DNA of 64,000 nucleotides from the NCBI GenBank assembly GCA_050174015.1, contig JBFXKG010000001.1, positions 160,001 through 224,000 on the forward strand, in the 5' to 3' direction. Positions within the stretch are counted from its first letter, which is position 1, and each line of letters begins with the position of its first letter. The notes under the pieces were generated by a model that saw only the letters and a list, made by a program, of their open reading frames with translations, was not told the origin of the DNA and searched no databases. Shown here piece by piece: positions 9,716 to 19,689 of the stretch. The position numbers and the translations under genes were made by a program. Origin of the DNA: Candidatus Krumholzibacteriia bacterium (lineage in GTDB: Bacteria; Krumholzibacteriota; Krumholzibacteriia; LZORAL124-64-63).

Positions 9716-10573
9716 TTACAGGTTGCGCGCGCCCAGGTTGGCCCCCAGCACTTCCTGGGGGGAGTAGATGGTCACGAAGGCCTCGGGATCGGCCTCGTTG
9801 ATGCGCCGCTTCAGGCGGGCCACCTCGGACCGGGTGACCACGATGTAGAGGATGGAGCGGGATCGGCCTGTATACCCACCCCGGCCCCGCATGAGGGTGA
9901 CGCCCCGGCGCAGGTGGCGGGTGACGGCCTCGGTGATGGCCTCGGGTCGCTCGGTGATGACCAGCGCCGACCGGGTGGCGACCAGGCCGTGCAGCACCGA
10001 GTCGAGGCTCTTGGTCATCACGAACGAGACCATGAGGGCGACCGCCGCGGGTTCCAGGCCGTAGATGAGGGCGGCCAGGCCGAAGACCAGGACGTTCACC
10101 GCGAGCATGGTCCTGCCGAGGCCCGTCTCGAACCAGAGGTGGATCAGGCGGGAGAGGATGTCGGTGCCGCCGGTCGTGCCCCTGCCGTGGAAGACCAGGG
10201 CCAGGCCGATGCCGCTGAACAGGCCGCCGTAGAAGATGATCAGCAGACGGTCCTCGGTCAGGGGACCGATGCTGGCCGAGACCAGGTCGATGCTCAGGGC
10301 CGTGACCAGGACCCCGATGAGGGTGCGGATCAGCATGGTGCGCCCGCCGAGGTACTTCCAGCCGAAGTACAGCAAGGGCAGGTTGAGCACGATCAGGACC
10401 GAGCCGTAGGGTACCCCGAGCTGGTCCTTGATGATCATGGCGAGCCCGGTGATCCCTCCGGGCACGACGTGGTTGGGTTCGAGCAGCAGGCCGATGGCGC
10501 CGCCGCAGATGGTCGCGCCGAGGATGATCGCCGCGTAATCCCACCACCAGCGCCAGTTCTTCCAGGACGTCAT
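9716..10573 (-). CDS. YitT family membrane protein
   Basis: PGGITGLA, NLPLL..GW, GTTGGTDIL, RGVT...GRGGYT and C-terminal DPEAFV (DUF2179-like). Confidence 0.9.
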   Translation of the reverse strand: MTSWKNWRWWWDYAAIILGATICGGAIGLLLEPNHVVPGGITGLAMIIKDQLGVPYGSVLIVLNLPLLYFGWKYLGGRTMLIRTLIGVLVTALSIDLVSASIGPLTEDRLLIIFYGGLFSGIGLALVFHGRGTTGGTDILSRLIHLWFETGLGRTMLAVNVLVFGLAALIYGLEPAAVALMVSFVMTKSLDSVLHGLVATRSALVITERPEAITEAVTRHLRRGVTLMRGRGGYTGRSRSILYIVVTRSEVARLKRRINEADPEAFVTIYSPQEVLGANLGARNL

Positions 10574-10676
10574 GGTCGAGACTTTCGATTCGTGTTCACG
10601 CCGCCACCTGCTAACATACCCCATCATCCGGGGCGGTCAAACCGCCAACCGGCCCCGGCTGGGAAAGGAACCGTTC

Positions 10677-11102
10677 ATGACGCTGAAGAAATCGATCCTG
10701 CCGGCCGTGCTGGCCGTCATCGTGGTGATGCAGCTCATCCCCCTGGGCAGGGACAATCCTCCGGTCATCGCGGACTTCGACGGGCCGCCGGAGGTGCGAG
10801 CCGTGCTGGCCCGATCCTGCTTCGACTGCCACTCCCACGAAACGAAGTGGCCCTGGTACAGCTACGTGGCCCCGGTGTCCTACCTGGTGGTCCACGACGT
10901 CAAGGAGGGCCGCGAGCACCTGAACTTCTCGGACTGGAAGGGCGGACCGAAGGTGGCCGGGGAGATCCTGGACGAAGTGGCCACCGGCGAGATGCCCCTG
11001 GGCATCTACCTGCCCCTGCACCCGGAGGCCCGCCTGACCGGGGCCGATCTCAACGTCCTGCAGGGCTATTTCGGAAAGGGCGAAGGCCAACAGGGCGACT
11101 GA
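10677..11102 (+). CDS. Haem-binding domain c-type cytochrome
   Basis: N-terminal TM; SCFDCHS (CxxCH), T.WPWYS.VAP, EGREHLNFS.W, EMP..Y..LHPEA. Confidence 0.9.
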   Translation: MTLKKSILPAVLAVIVVMQLIPLGRDNPPVIADFDGPPEVRAVLARSCFDCHSHETKWPWYSYVAPVSYLVVHDVKEGREHLNFSDWKGGPKVAGEILDEVATGEMPLGIYLPLHPEARLTGADLNVLQGYFGKGEGQQGD

Positions 11103-11116
11103 CGACGCCTGGGCCA

Positions 11117-11145
11117 TGCAACCTCCCGGACCGGGCGTGCGTATG
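11117..11145 (+). promoter_or_regulatory. Putative ECF-sigma promoter (AAC-N17-CGTA) upstream of the DUF4097 gene
   Basis: TGCAACC...CGTAT with AAC at 11120-11122 and CGT at 11140-11142. Confidence 0.5.
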
Positions 11146-11190
11146 CTTGCGGCGAACGATGCCCGAGTTCTCGATCCGGGAGGAACGCCC

Positions 11191-12348
11191 ATGACGAAGC
11201 TGGATTTGATGCGATCGGCGCGCCGCGCCGGCCTGGTGCTGGTGTTGCTGGCCGGCGTGGGGACGGGGTCGGTTCTGGCCCAGGACTACTCCTTCGATTC
11301 CGACGAACTCACCGTCCACAACATGATCGGGCGCGTGGTGGTGACCCAGGCCGAGGGCGACCGCTTCGAAGTCCGCGTGGACGTGCGCGGCGAGGACGCG
11401 GGGCAGGGCCTCGTGGAAATGGTGACCGAGGAGGGGCGCAAGGCCCGCCTGGCCGTCAAATTCCCCATCGACCAGGAAGACGACTACGTCTATCCCGAGC
11501 TGGGTCGGAACTCCAAGACCACCATCACCTACGAGGACCAGGGGGACCACGGCGGCTCCTGGTTGAAGAAGGTCTTCGCCGGAATGACGGGCAAGCGCGT
11601 GACCGTGCGCGGCCACGGCCGCGGCCTGGAAGTCTGGGCCGACATCACCGTCGCCGTGCCCCGGGGGGCCTTCCTGACGATCGAGAACCGCGTAGGCGCA
11701 GTCTCCGCCGCGGATGTGGAAGCCGATCTTGTCCTGGACACCGGCAGCGGGTCGGTCGAGGCCGCGAACATCACCGGCGACCTGGTGGCCGACACCGGCA
11801 GCGGTCCGGTGACCCTCACGGGGGTCCGGGGCGAGGTCCTGGCCGACACCGGCAGCGGGTCGGTGGAGATCCGCGACGCCGTGGGAGACGAAATCAAGGC
11901 GGATACCGGCAGCGGGTCGGTGTTCGTGGAGGGCCTTGAGGCCGCGACCGTCCTGATCGACACCGGCAGCGGCAGCGTGCAGGCCGACCAGGTCGTCTGC
12001 CGGAAGCTCACCATCGACACCGGCAGCGGCGGCGTGAAGGCCCGGGGGATCGAAGCGGAGGCGGCCCTGATCGACACCGGCAGCGGTTCGGTGGTCCTGC
12101 AGCTCGACCGCATGGGCGAGGGAGAGTACAAGATCGACACGGGCAGCGGCAGCATCGATCTGGTCCTGCCCGGGGACGCCTCGGCCCGGATCACCGCCGA
12201 CACCAGCAGCGGCGGCGTCCACAACGAGTTCGAGGGCGCCGAGATCGGGCACCTGGACCGGGACGAGATGGAGCTGGTGGTCGGAGGCGGCGAGGCCCGC
12301 GTCATTCTCGATGCCGGAAGCGGATCCATCACCGTCAGCAAGCGCTAG
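11191..12348 (+). CDS. DUF4097 beta-strand repeat protein (secreted, adhesin-like)
   Basis: Signal peptide; about ten 19-22 aa repeats built on (I/A)DTGSGSV; GGAGG SD. Confidence 0.85.
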   Translation: MTKLDLMRSARRAGLVLVLLAGVGTGSVLAQDYSFDSDELTVHNMIGRVVVTQAEGDRFEVRVDVRGEDAGQGLVEMVTEEGRKARLAVKFPIDQEDDYVYPELGRNSKTTITYEDQGDHGGSWLKKVFAGMTGKRVTVRGHGRGLEVWADITVAVPRGAFLTIENRVGAVSAADVEADLVLDTGSGSVEAANITGDLVADTGSGPVTLTGVRGEVLADTGSGSVEIRDAVGDEIKADTGSGSVFVEGLEAATVLIDTGSGSVQADQVVCRKLTIDTGSGGVKARGIEAEAALIDTGSGSVVLQLDRMGEGEYKIDTGSGSIDLVLPGDASARITADTSSGGVHNEFEGAEIGHLDRDEMELVVGGGEARVILDAGSGSITVSKR

Positions 12349-13130
12349 CGCAGGCCCAGCACCTCGATCTGGTAGTTCGGCAGCCCCCGCTTGAAAGGCG
12401 CGCCTGAGGCGTCGCAGCTGGCCAGGTGCTTCAGGCGGGAGCCGTCGAGCAGGCGGCGCCACTGGCGGCGATCGTAGCAGCGCAGATCGTAGCGGTCGTC
12501 GCGGTGCTCCTCGCCGGCGGGTCGGGTGATCGTCAGGTGACTGATCACCGTCTCGATGCGCGCCCGTGCCCCGCCGGGTTCGGGCGGCAGGTAGTTCACC
12601 AGCTGGCTGACCCGGCAGCGTCCCCGCGCCCCCTCCCACAGATCCTCTTCCTCTTCCAGCCGGTGGTAGTCGGTGAGGCTGATCCCCACGGCGTAGATCC
12701 CCCGGGGGGCCAGCAGCCAGGCGATCTGGGCCAGGTGGGCCAGGACGGCGGCGTCCGAATCCAGCAGCCGGATGGTGTTGACGGGGTTGAAGGCGAAGTC
12801 CACCGAGCCCGGACGCACGCCGGGGGGCATGGGATCGGTCATGGAGGCGACCCTGACCGCGGAACCCAGGCGGCGGGCGGCGAAGGCCGCCATGCCGGGA
12901 TCCAGGTCGTAGCCGCCGACGGCGCGGCCCCGGGACCGGGCCACCCGCAGGTAGCGGCCGGTGCCGCAGGCCGGCTCGTACCACAGGCGGTCCGGCGAAT
13001 CGGCGGACGGCAGGAAGCGGGCCTCGATGCGCTCGAAGGCGTCCACCTCGGCGGCGGTGCCGGGGCTCTGCAGGATGTCGTAGACGACGGGGTCGGCGTA
13101 GATCCCGCCCGCTGGCCTGTGCGCGCTCAT
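12345..13130 (-). CDS. Class I SAM-dependent methyltransferase
   Basis: EPACGTGR motif I, GYDLDPGM, DFAFNPVNTIR, LAPRGIY. Confidence 0.85.
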   Translation of the reverse strand: MSAHRPAGGIYADPVVYDILQSPGTAAEVDAFERIEARFLPSADSPDRLWYEPACGTGRYLRVARSRGRAVGGYDLDPGMAAFAARRLGSAVRVASMTDPMPPGVRPGSVDFAFNPVNTIRLLDSDAAVLAHLAQIAWLLAPRGIYAVGISLTDYHRLEEEEDLWEGARGRCRVSQLVNYLPPEPGGARARIETVISHLTITRPAGEEHRDDRYDLRCYDRRQWRRLLDGSRLKHLASCDASGAPFKRGLPNYQIEVLGLR

Positions 13131-13131
13131 G

Positions 13132-14583
13132 CTAGGTGTATCCGATCACGACGGCGAGGATCAGGAACGCCGCCGAAAGTGCCATCAGTTGCAGGAAGAG
13201 CGGGACCATGAACCGCAGCCAGGCGCCGTAGGGGACCTTGGCCAGCGAGAGCATGGCCATGAGGATGCCGCTGGTGGGGATGATCGTGTTGCTGAACCCG
13301 TCCCCGCAGGTGAACGCCAGCACCGCGGTCTGGCGGGTGATGCCCAGCAGGTCGGCCAGGGGAGCCATCAACGGGACGGTGACCGCGGCCTGTCCCGAGC
13401 CCGAGGGCACCAGCACGTTCAAGGTCGATTCGAACGCGAGCATCCCCAGGACGGCGACGTGCCTCGGCACGGTCTGCAGCACGGTGGCGGCCCCGTGCAC
13501 GATGGTGTCCATGATCTGGCCGTCCGTCAGCACCACGCTGATGCCGCGGGCGAAACCCACCACCAGGGCGGCCACGACCATCTCCTCCATGCCCTTGACG
13601 AACGCCTTGACCCCCTCGTCCAGGGGCAGGCGCGCCAGGAACATGGCCACGATCCCCATGAGGAAGAACCCGCCGGCCATGTCGGCCATCCACCAGCCGT
13701 AGCGCTGGACCGCATAGAGGATGAACAGGAACAGCAGCCCGCACACCACGATGATGGCGGTGTGGTGGTGGCCGTAGTCGTCGGCCCCCGCGTGCTCGCC
13801 CTCGAGTTCGAAGGGATCGCCGGCCATCAGGGACCGGGAGGGATCCCGGCGGATGCGGGCCCCGTAGCGCAGGACGTAGACCAGGGCCACCAGGAGGGCG
13901 CAGAAGAAGAACGCGATCCGCAAGGTGAGGCCGCTGCTCAGGGGGATCTCGGCGATGCCCTGGGCCACGTTGACCGTGAAGGGGTTGGTGGTGGAGGCGG
14001 CGAAGCCCACGGCTGCGGCCACGTAGACCAGGGCCATGGCGTAGATGCGGTCGTAGCCCAGGCGCTTGCTCACGAACAGGAAGACCGGGACCAGGGGGAT
14101 GAACTCCTCGCCCATGCCCAGGGTCGATCCGCCGGCCGCCATGAGGGTCATCAGCACGACGGTCAGCAGGGGTCCGCGGTCGCCCAGACGGGCGAGCATC
14201 CGGCCCAGGGAAGCGGTGATCACTCCGGTGCGCTGGAGGATCCCGAAGGCTCCCCCGATGATGAAGATGAAGAAGATGATGTCGGCGGCCTGCTCCATCC
14301 CGCGGGGGATGGCGGTCAGGAAGCCCTGCAGGCCCACGGGGGCGGCCTTGCCGTCGGGCGCCTCGCCGCCCCCCAGCAGCACGCCCTCCAGGGAGAGATC
14401 CTTGTCCAGGTGCCGGAACGTGCCGGGCACCAGCAGAGTGCGCTCGTGTCCCTGGACGTCCCTGGTGACCCGGTCGAACCGGCCGGAAGGGATGATCCAG
14501 GTGGCGGCGGCGCACAGGGCGATGACCAATGTCAGCAGCACGAAGACGTGGGGCACCTTGAAGCGGGGGCGGGTCCGGGTCAC
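13132..14583 (-). CDS. YfcC/DcuC-like membrane transporter
   Basis: KVPHVFVLL, TWIIPSG.F, GMGEEFIP, NPFTV..AQ, VPSGSGQA, GDGFSN...PT. Confidence 0.9.
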   Translation of the reverse strand: MTRTRPRFKVPHVFVLLTLVIALCAAATWIIPSGRFDRVTRDVQGHERTLLVPGTFRHLDKDLSLEGVLLGGGEAPDGKAAPVGLQGFLTAIPRGMEQAADIIFFIFIIGGAFGILQRTGVITASLGRMLARLGDRGPLLTVVLMTLMAAGGSTLGMGEEFIPLVPVFLFVSKRLGYDRIYAMALVYVAAAVGFAASTTNPFTVNVAQGIAEIPLSSGLTLRIAFFFCALLVALVYVLRYGARIRRDPSRSLMAGDPFELEGEHAGADDYGHHHTAIIVVCGLLFLFILYAVQRYGWWMADMAGGFFLMGIVAMFLARLPLDEGVKAFVKGMEEMVVAALVVGFARGISVVLTDGQIMDTIVHGAATVLQTVPRHVAVLGMLAFESTLNVLVPSGSGQAAVTVPLMAPLADLLGITRQTAVLAFTCGDGFSNTIIPTSGILMAMLSLAKVPYGAWLRFMVPLFLQLMALSAAFLILAVVIGYT

Positions 14584-14596
14584 TGGGGGCTCCTCG

Positions 14597-15100
14597 TCAT
14601 TCCGGGGGGGCGAAGGTCGAGACGTTGGCGGTCTTCTGCCACCGGCCCCGGACCTTCCTGTAGGTCATGATGCCCGCATAGACGGAGGATTCGGCGCTGC
14701 GGCCACCTGCGCCGTCAGGTTCCAGACGTTCGATGCGCATCCGGGAGATGACCCACCCCATCGTACCGTCGTCCGAGACCTCGGCGTGGGGGACCTGGAG
14801 GTCCTCGTAGACCAGGTACTCGGCCCCGGCGAAGACCTCCCGGAAGCGGGCGGCCAGCTCGTCCTTCGTTCGCACGGTCACGGCGCCGTCGCGGACCATG
14901 CGCAGGTCGGGTCCGACGGTGCGCAGCAAGCCCTCGACGTCCCGATCCTTGTGGGCCCGGATGTCGGCCAGGTGGACCTGGAGCAGCTCGATCTTCTCCT
15001 GGTCCAGGTCGGGTGGCTCCTCGCAGCAGCCGGCAAGCACGATCGCCGTGAGGACGGCGGCCAGCAGCGGTGTGACGGTCGGTCCGGGTCTTCGGTTCAT
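14597..15100 (-). CDS. NTF2/SnoaL-like lipoprotein
   Basis: LAGC lipobox; AH...DV, VSDDGTMGWV, terminal YRKVRGRW strand. Confidence 0.7.
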   Translation of the reverse strand: MNRRPGPTVTPLLAAVLTAIVLAGCCEEPPDLDQEKIELLQVHLADIRAHKDRDVEGLLRTVGPDLRMVRDGAVTVRTKDELAARFREVFAGAEYLVYEDLQVPHAEVSDDGTMGWVISRMRIERLEPDGAGGRSAESSVYAGIMTYRKVRGRWQKTANVSTFAPPE

Positions 15101-15272
15101 GTCCTCGCTCCCTGGTGGGACAACATCCTGAATCCACCTTGCCCCGCGCGCGGAAGAAGTGCAACAATCTTTGCGCCCTTGCGAATGATACACCGTTTTT
15201 GCCGACCGCGGAGGATGGGTTCGTCCCGTCCCGCCGCAGGCTTCCTTTTGCCCGACCCAGGGAGGTTTCCCC

Positions 15273-18200
15273 GTGAACCGCACGCTCACCGTCCTGTCCC
15301 TGATCGTCCTGCTGGCCTGGGGCGCGGCCGCCCAGGAGGACGAGGCCCCCGGCTACGTGATGCGCTACGCCGACATAGGCTTCGGCAAGATCGTCTTCAC
15401 CTACGAGGACGACCTCTGGCTCGTGCCCGACACGGGCGGCCCGGCCCGGCGGATCACCAGCCATCCCGGCCGGGAGACCGGCGCCAAGTTCTCCCCCGAC
15501 GGCGCCCGGCTGGCCTTCACGGGCAGCTACGACGGCGGCAACGACATCTACGTCATGGACGTCGAGGGCGGGGTGCCCCGGCGGCTGACCTACCATCCGG
15601 CGGGGTCGATCCTGCTGGACTGGTGCCCCGACGGTTCGGGCGTGATCTTCACCGCCAACCGCGAAGCCCCGGGCTATTCCAGCGAACTGTACAAGATGCC
15701 CATCGAGGGCGGGATGGCGATCAAGCTGCCGGTGGACCGCGGGGCGCTCGCCTCGGCCGCTCCGGACCACAGCGGCCTGGCCTACAACCGCATCGGCCGG
15801 CACGTGCGCACCTGGAAGCGCTACGAGGGCGGCCTGGCTCAGGACGTCTGGGTCAAGGACTTCAAGTCGGGCGACATCACGAAGATCACCGATTGGCGGG
15901 GCAGCGACCAGTTCCCCATGTGGGGCCGGGACGGCATCTACTTCGCCAGCGACCGCGAGGACGGCACCCTGAACATCTACCGGTACGATCCGGCCACGAA
16001 GCAGACCACCCGCCTGACCGGCTACGCGGATTACGACGTGAAGTACCCCTCCCTGGGCGGGGACAAGATCGTCTTCCAGTACGGCTCAGGCCTGAACGTG
16101 CTCGACCTCGAGACCGGCAAGGCGGCCGCGGTCCCCATCACCATCCCCTCCGACCGTCGCCACGTCCGCACCGAGCTGATCACTCCCGAACCCAGCACCG
16201 GGTCGTTCGGACTGTCTCCCGCGGGCGAGCGCGCCCTGATCGAGGCCCGCGGCGAGATCCTCAACCTGCCGGCCGACGAGGGCGACCCCCACAACCTCAC
16301 CCGCAATTCGGGCACCCGCGAGAAGAACTCCGCCTGGAGCCCGGACGGCCGCTGGATCGCCCTGGTCAGCGACCGCACGGGCGAGGAACAGATCTACCTG
16401 GTGGACCAGCACGGGCGCGACCAGTGGCGGCAGCTCACGAAGGGCGATTTCCGGTTCATCCTTCAGCCGGTCTGGTCTCCCGACAGCAAGTCCCTGATCT
16501 TCGCCGACAAGTTCATGAAGCTCCACCTGGTGGACGCGGCCTCGGGCGGCGTGAAGGAGATCGCGCAAAGCGACTACGACGACGCCTGGGAGCGCTGGGG
16601 CATCATGGACTACGTCTGGTCGCCCGACAGCCGCTGGATCGCCTACACCAGCCAGACCGGCAACATGAACGAGGCCATCTGGCTGTACGATACGCAGTCC
16701 GGCCGGAGGACGAAGCTGACGGACGACATGACCCAGGACTGGTCGCCCTCCTTCTCGCGGGACGGCAAGTACCTGTATTTCCTGTCCAACCGCACCTTCA
16801 ACCCCATCATGGACCGTCAGGATCAGAACCACATCTTCCCGAAGGAAGCCCTGCCGTACGTGGTCCTGCTGCGGGCCGGGGAACGGTCCCCCTTCTACAA
16901 GGATGACGTCCTCGTCGAGGTGAAGGGCGAGGGTGACGCCAAGGAAGAGGCCAAGGAAGAGGCCGAGGAAAACGAAGGAACGGTCATCGACCTGGACGGC
17001 ATCCAGGATCGCATCCTGGCCTGCGAGGGCTTCAAGGCCGGCAACTACTTCAGGCTGGAGGCGATCGAAGGCGGCTTCGTCCTGCTGGACAAGAAGGACC
17101 CGGAGTTCATCAAGTACCAGAACGTGAACGACGGCACCGGCGGGGCCCTGGACCTGGTCGGCTACAAGCTCGAGGACGCCGAGACCGAGGACCTCATCCC
17201 GGGCATCGCCAACTTCCACCTGAGCGCCGACGGCAAGAAGCTGATCTACCGGGCCGGATCGAAGTACGGCGTGGTGGACGCCGGCAAGCCCGCCAAGGTG
17301 GGGGACGGCAAGCTGGACCTCGGCGCGGTGAAGCTGCGCATCGACCGCCTCGAGGAGTTCCCCCAGATCTTCGCCGAGGCCTGGCGCATCCAGCGCGACT
17401 GGTTCTACGACAGGAACATGCACGGTGTGGACTGGCAGGCCATGTACGACAAGTACGCCCCGTTCGTCGACGGATGCGGCACCCGCGGGGACCTGAACTA
17501 CCTGATCGGGGAGATGATCAGCGAGCTCAACATCGGCCACACCTACATCTTCGGCGGGGACTTCGAGGACGGAGGTCCCCGGGTAGGCACGGGCCTGCTG
17601 GGCTGCGACTTCGCCGTCGAGGAGGGCAAGGACTACTACCGCATCACGGACATCGTGGGTGGCGTGTCCTGGGATCCCCGCTACCGGTCGCCCCTGCGCG
17701 AGCCCGGGGTCGGGGTCGCCGAGAGCGACTTCCTCATCGCCATCGACGGCGCGGAGGTGAAGGTCGGCGACAACGTCTACGAGCGCCTGGTGGACCGCGC
17801 CGGCGCCATGGTCACCCTGACCGTCAACGGCAAGGCCGAGGCCAAGGGGGCCAGGGAGGTCCGGCTGCGCACCCTGCCCGGCGATTACGGCCTGCGCTAC
17901 CGCGACTGGGTCGACCGGAACCTGGACCACGTCACGGCACGATCCGAAGGCAGGATCGCCTACCTCCACCTGCCCGACATGGGCGAGAACGGCCTGGTGG
18001 AGTTCGGTCGCTCCTACTATCCGCAGACCGGCAAGCAGGCCATGATCATCGACGACCGCTTCAATGGCGGAGGGTTCGTCGGCGACATGATCATCGACCG
18101 CCTGGAACGCCGGTTGTGGGCGATGACCCAGCCCCGCGAGGGCCTCAACGGCCGCAATCCCGAGCGCGTCTTCCACGGTCCCCTGGTGGTCCTGATCAAC

Positions 18201-18581
18201 GAGGACACCTACAGCAACGGCGAGTTCTTCGCAGAGGCGGTCAAGCGCCTGGAACTGGCCACCCTGATCGGGGTGCGGACGTGGGGCGGTTCGACCGGCA
18301 TCGAACCCCACCAGGACATGGTGGACGGCGGGGGCACCACGCCGCCCCAGTTCGGCCTCTACGGTCTGGACGGCACCTGGCCCATCGAGGGTTGGGGGGT
18401 CGAGCCGGACATCATCGTGGTCAACTGGCCGAAGGACGTGGTGGACGGCAAGGACGCCCAGCTCGACTACGCCATCGACTACCTGCTGAAGCAGCTGGAG
18501 GAGAACCAGGGCAAGTGGGATGTTCCCGGACCGCCGGCCTATCCCGACAAGGCCAAGCCGAAGATGAGCGGGGCCCGGTAG
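15273..18581 (+). CDS. Tricorn protease homolog (S41) with beta-propellers and PDZ
   Basis: PD40 repeats (FSPDG, WSPDS), FAEAWR..RDWFYD, ELNIGH, IIDDRFNGGG, SNGE, IGVRTWGG, EGWGVEPD. Confidence 0.95.
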   Translation: MNRTLTVLSLIVLLAWGAAAQEDEAPGYVMRYADIGFGKIVFTYEDDLWLVPDTGGPARRITSHPGRETGAKFSPDGARLAFTGSYDGGNDIYVMDVEGGVPRRLTYHPAGSILLDWCPDGSGVIFTANREAPGYSSELYKMPIEGGMAIKLPVDRGALASAAPDHSGLAYNRIGRHVRTWKRYEGGLAQDVWVKDFKSGDITKITDWRGSDQFPMWGRDGIYFASDREDGTLNIYRYDPATKQTTRLTGYADYDVKYPSLGGDKIVFQYGSGLNVLDLETGKAAAVPITIPSDRRHVRTELITPEPSTGSFGLSPAGERALIEARGEILNLPADEGDPHNLTRNSGTREKNSAWSPDGRWIALVSDRTGEEQIYLVDQHGRDQWRQLTKGDFRFILQPVWSPDSKSLIFADKFMKLHLVDAASGGVKEIAQSDYDDAWERWGIMDYVWSPDSRWIAYTSQTGNMNEAIWLYDTQSGRRTKLTDDMTQDWSPSFSRDGKYLYFLSNRTFNPIMDRQDQNHIFPKEALPYVVLLRAGERSPFYKDDVLVEVKGEGDAKEEAKEEAEENEGTVIDLDGIQDRILACEGFKAGNYFRLEAIEGGFVLLDKKDPEFIKYQNVNDGTGGALDLVGYKLEDAETEDLIPGIANFHLSADGKKLIYRAGSKYGVVDAGKPAKVGDGKLDLGAVKLRIDRLEEFPQIFAEAWRIQRDWFYDRNMHGVDWQAMYDKYAPFVDGCGTRGDLNYLIGEMISELNIGHTYIFGGDFEDGGPRVGTGLLGCDFAVEEGKDYYRITDIVGGVSWDPRYRSPLREPGVGVAESDFLIAIDGAEVKVGDNVYERLVDRAGAMVTLTVNGKAEAKGAREVRLRTLPGDYGLRYRDWVDRNLDHVTARSEGRIAYLHLPDMGENGLVEFGRSYYPQTGKQAMIIDDRFNGGGFVGDMIIDRLERRLWAMTQPREGLNGRNPERVFHGPLVVLINEDTYSNGEFFAEAVKRLELATLIGVRTWGGSTGIEPHQDMVDGGGTTPPQFGLYGLDGTWPIEGWGVEPDIIVVNWPKDVVDGKDAQLDYAIDYLLKQLEENQGKWDVPGPPAYPDKAKPKMSGAR

Positions 18582-18603
18582 CACCTCATCGGAGGAACCC
18601 CCC

Positions 18604-18630
18604 AGGCCCCGGACGGTTCGTCCGGGGCCT
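18604..18630 (+). terminator. Hairpin / likely terminator after the tricorn gene
   Basis: AGGCCCCGGACG-GTT-CGTCCGGGGCCT, 12-bp stem. Confidence 0.55.
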
Positions 18631-18747
18631 CTCTCATGGGCCGCCGGAAGGCCGTCGCGGGCAACGGGACCGATTCCTGCACCGGATCGGGTACGTGAGG
18701 AAATCCCGCGCATCCCGAACGGAGCGCGAAATCAGGGAGAAGAAGCC

Positions 18748-19620
18748 ATGAGAAACCACCTTCCCGAACTGGCCCTGGCTCTCCTGCTCGCGGCACCGGG
18801 AGTCGTCCTCGGAACGACCCTGGATGGCGTCCAGGCCACGGCAGATTGCAACGGTTGGACCACCGAGGTGCAGGTGACCTACAGCTCCAGCGCCTACATG
18901 GCCCATCTCACCAGGACGGTGGTCCTGCTGGACGAATCGGGAGCGGAACTGGACCGCTCCGAGACCTCGGGCATGATCCAGGTCGCCCCGGGCGAGACCG
19001 TGACCTACCCGGATTCGGGGGCCTGGTCGTTCGCCCTGGACGGCTCCTACCGCCTGGCGGTCTCGGTTGCCTTCGTGGACATCGTTCCCGACGGCGGCAA
19101 CACCTACACCGCGGAGACCGAGGTCCCCTTCGGCTGCGGCGTCGAGGTGGTCATGCCCGGACCGGTGTGCCTGCACCCGCGGTCGTTCTGGGTGCGCCAT
19201 CCCGACGCCTGGCCCGTCACGAGGCTGGAACTCGGCGGCGAGGTGCTCGATCAGGACGAGCTGATGGGCCTGCTGCGCCGCCCGCCACGCGCCGACGTCC
19301 GCTTCCTGCTGATCCGCCAGCTGATCACGGCCAAGCTGAACCTCGCCAACGGGGCCGAGGACTCCGCGGCCGAGGCCGTCGCCCTGGCGGACGCCTGGCT
19401 GGCGGACCATCCGGTGTTCAGCCGCCTGCGGGGACGCGACCGCCTGGTCGCCGTCAAGCTCACCCTGTCCCTCATGTGGTACAACCTGCAGGGGTGCCCG
19501 GAGGACGCCGCCAAGGCCTTGACGATGGACCAGGACGAAGATCTGCCCCTCCTCGAATCCCTGGAAAAGGAATTCGTGGAGCCCCAGAGCTTCGGGGCCG
19601 TCAAGTCCATGTTCCGCTGA
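18748..19620 (+). CDS. Secreted hypothetical protein with FW..HP.AWP...QLITAKLN domain and SFGAVKSMFR tail
   Basis: Signal peptide, beta-rich N-domain, helical domain and terminal motif resembling that of the beta-helix gene. Confidence 0.7.
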   Translation: MRNHLPELALALLLAAPGVVLGTTLDGVQATADCNGWTTEVQVTYSSSAYMAHLTRTVVLLDESGAELDRSETSGMIQVAPGETVTYPDSGAWSFALDGSYRLAVSVAFVDIVPDGGNTYTAETEVPFGCGVEVVMPGPVCLHPRSFWVRHPDAWPVTRLELGGEVLDQDELMGLLRRPPRADVRFLLIRQLITAKLNLANGAEDSAAEAVALADAWLADHPVFSRLRGRDRLVAVKLTLSLMWYNLQGCPEDAAKALTMDQDEDLPLLESLEKEFVEPQSFGAVKSMFR

Positions 19621-19631
19621 TCGTCCCCCCG

Positions 19632-19674
19632 GACCGGACCGGGGCCGGCTCTTCTGCCGGTCCCGGTCCAGGTC
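19632..19674. terminator. Hairpin between convergent genes
   Basis: GGACCGGGGCCGGC-TCTTCT-GCCGGTCCCGGTCC. Confidence 0.55.
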
Positions 19675-19689
19675 GTCAGACCTGCGGCG

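Noticed and set aside
11737..12330. CRISPR-like periodic repeats (GACACCGGCAGCGG)
   Set aside because: In-frame coding repeats (DTGSG) of the DUF4097 protein; no cas genes
14066..18713. Long alternative-frame and antisense ORFs (e.g. 946 aa, 875 aa, and many similar across the window)
   Set aside because: Arg/Gly/Pro-rich shadow ORFs typical of high-GC DNA, overlapping well-supported genes
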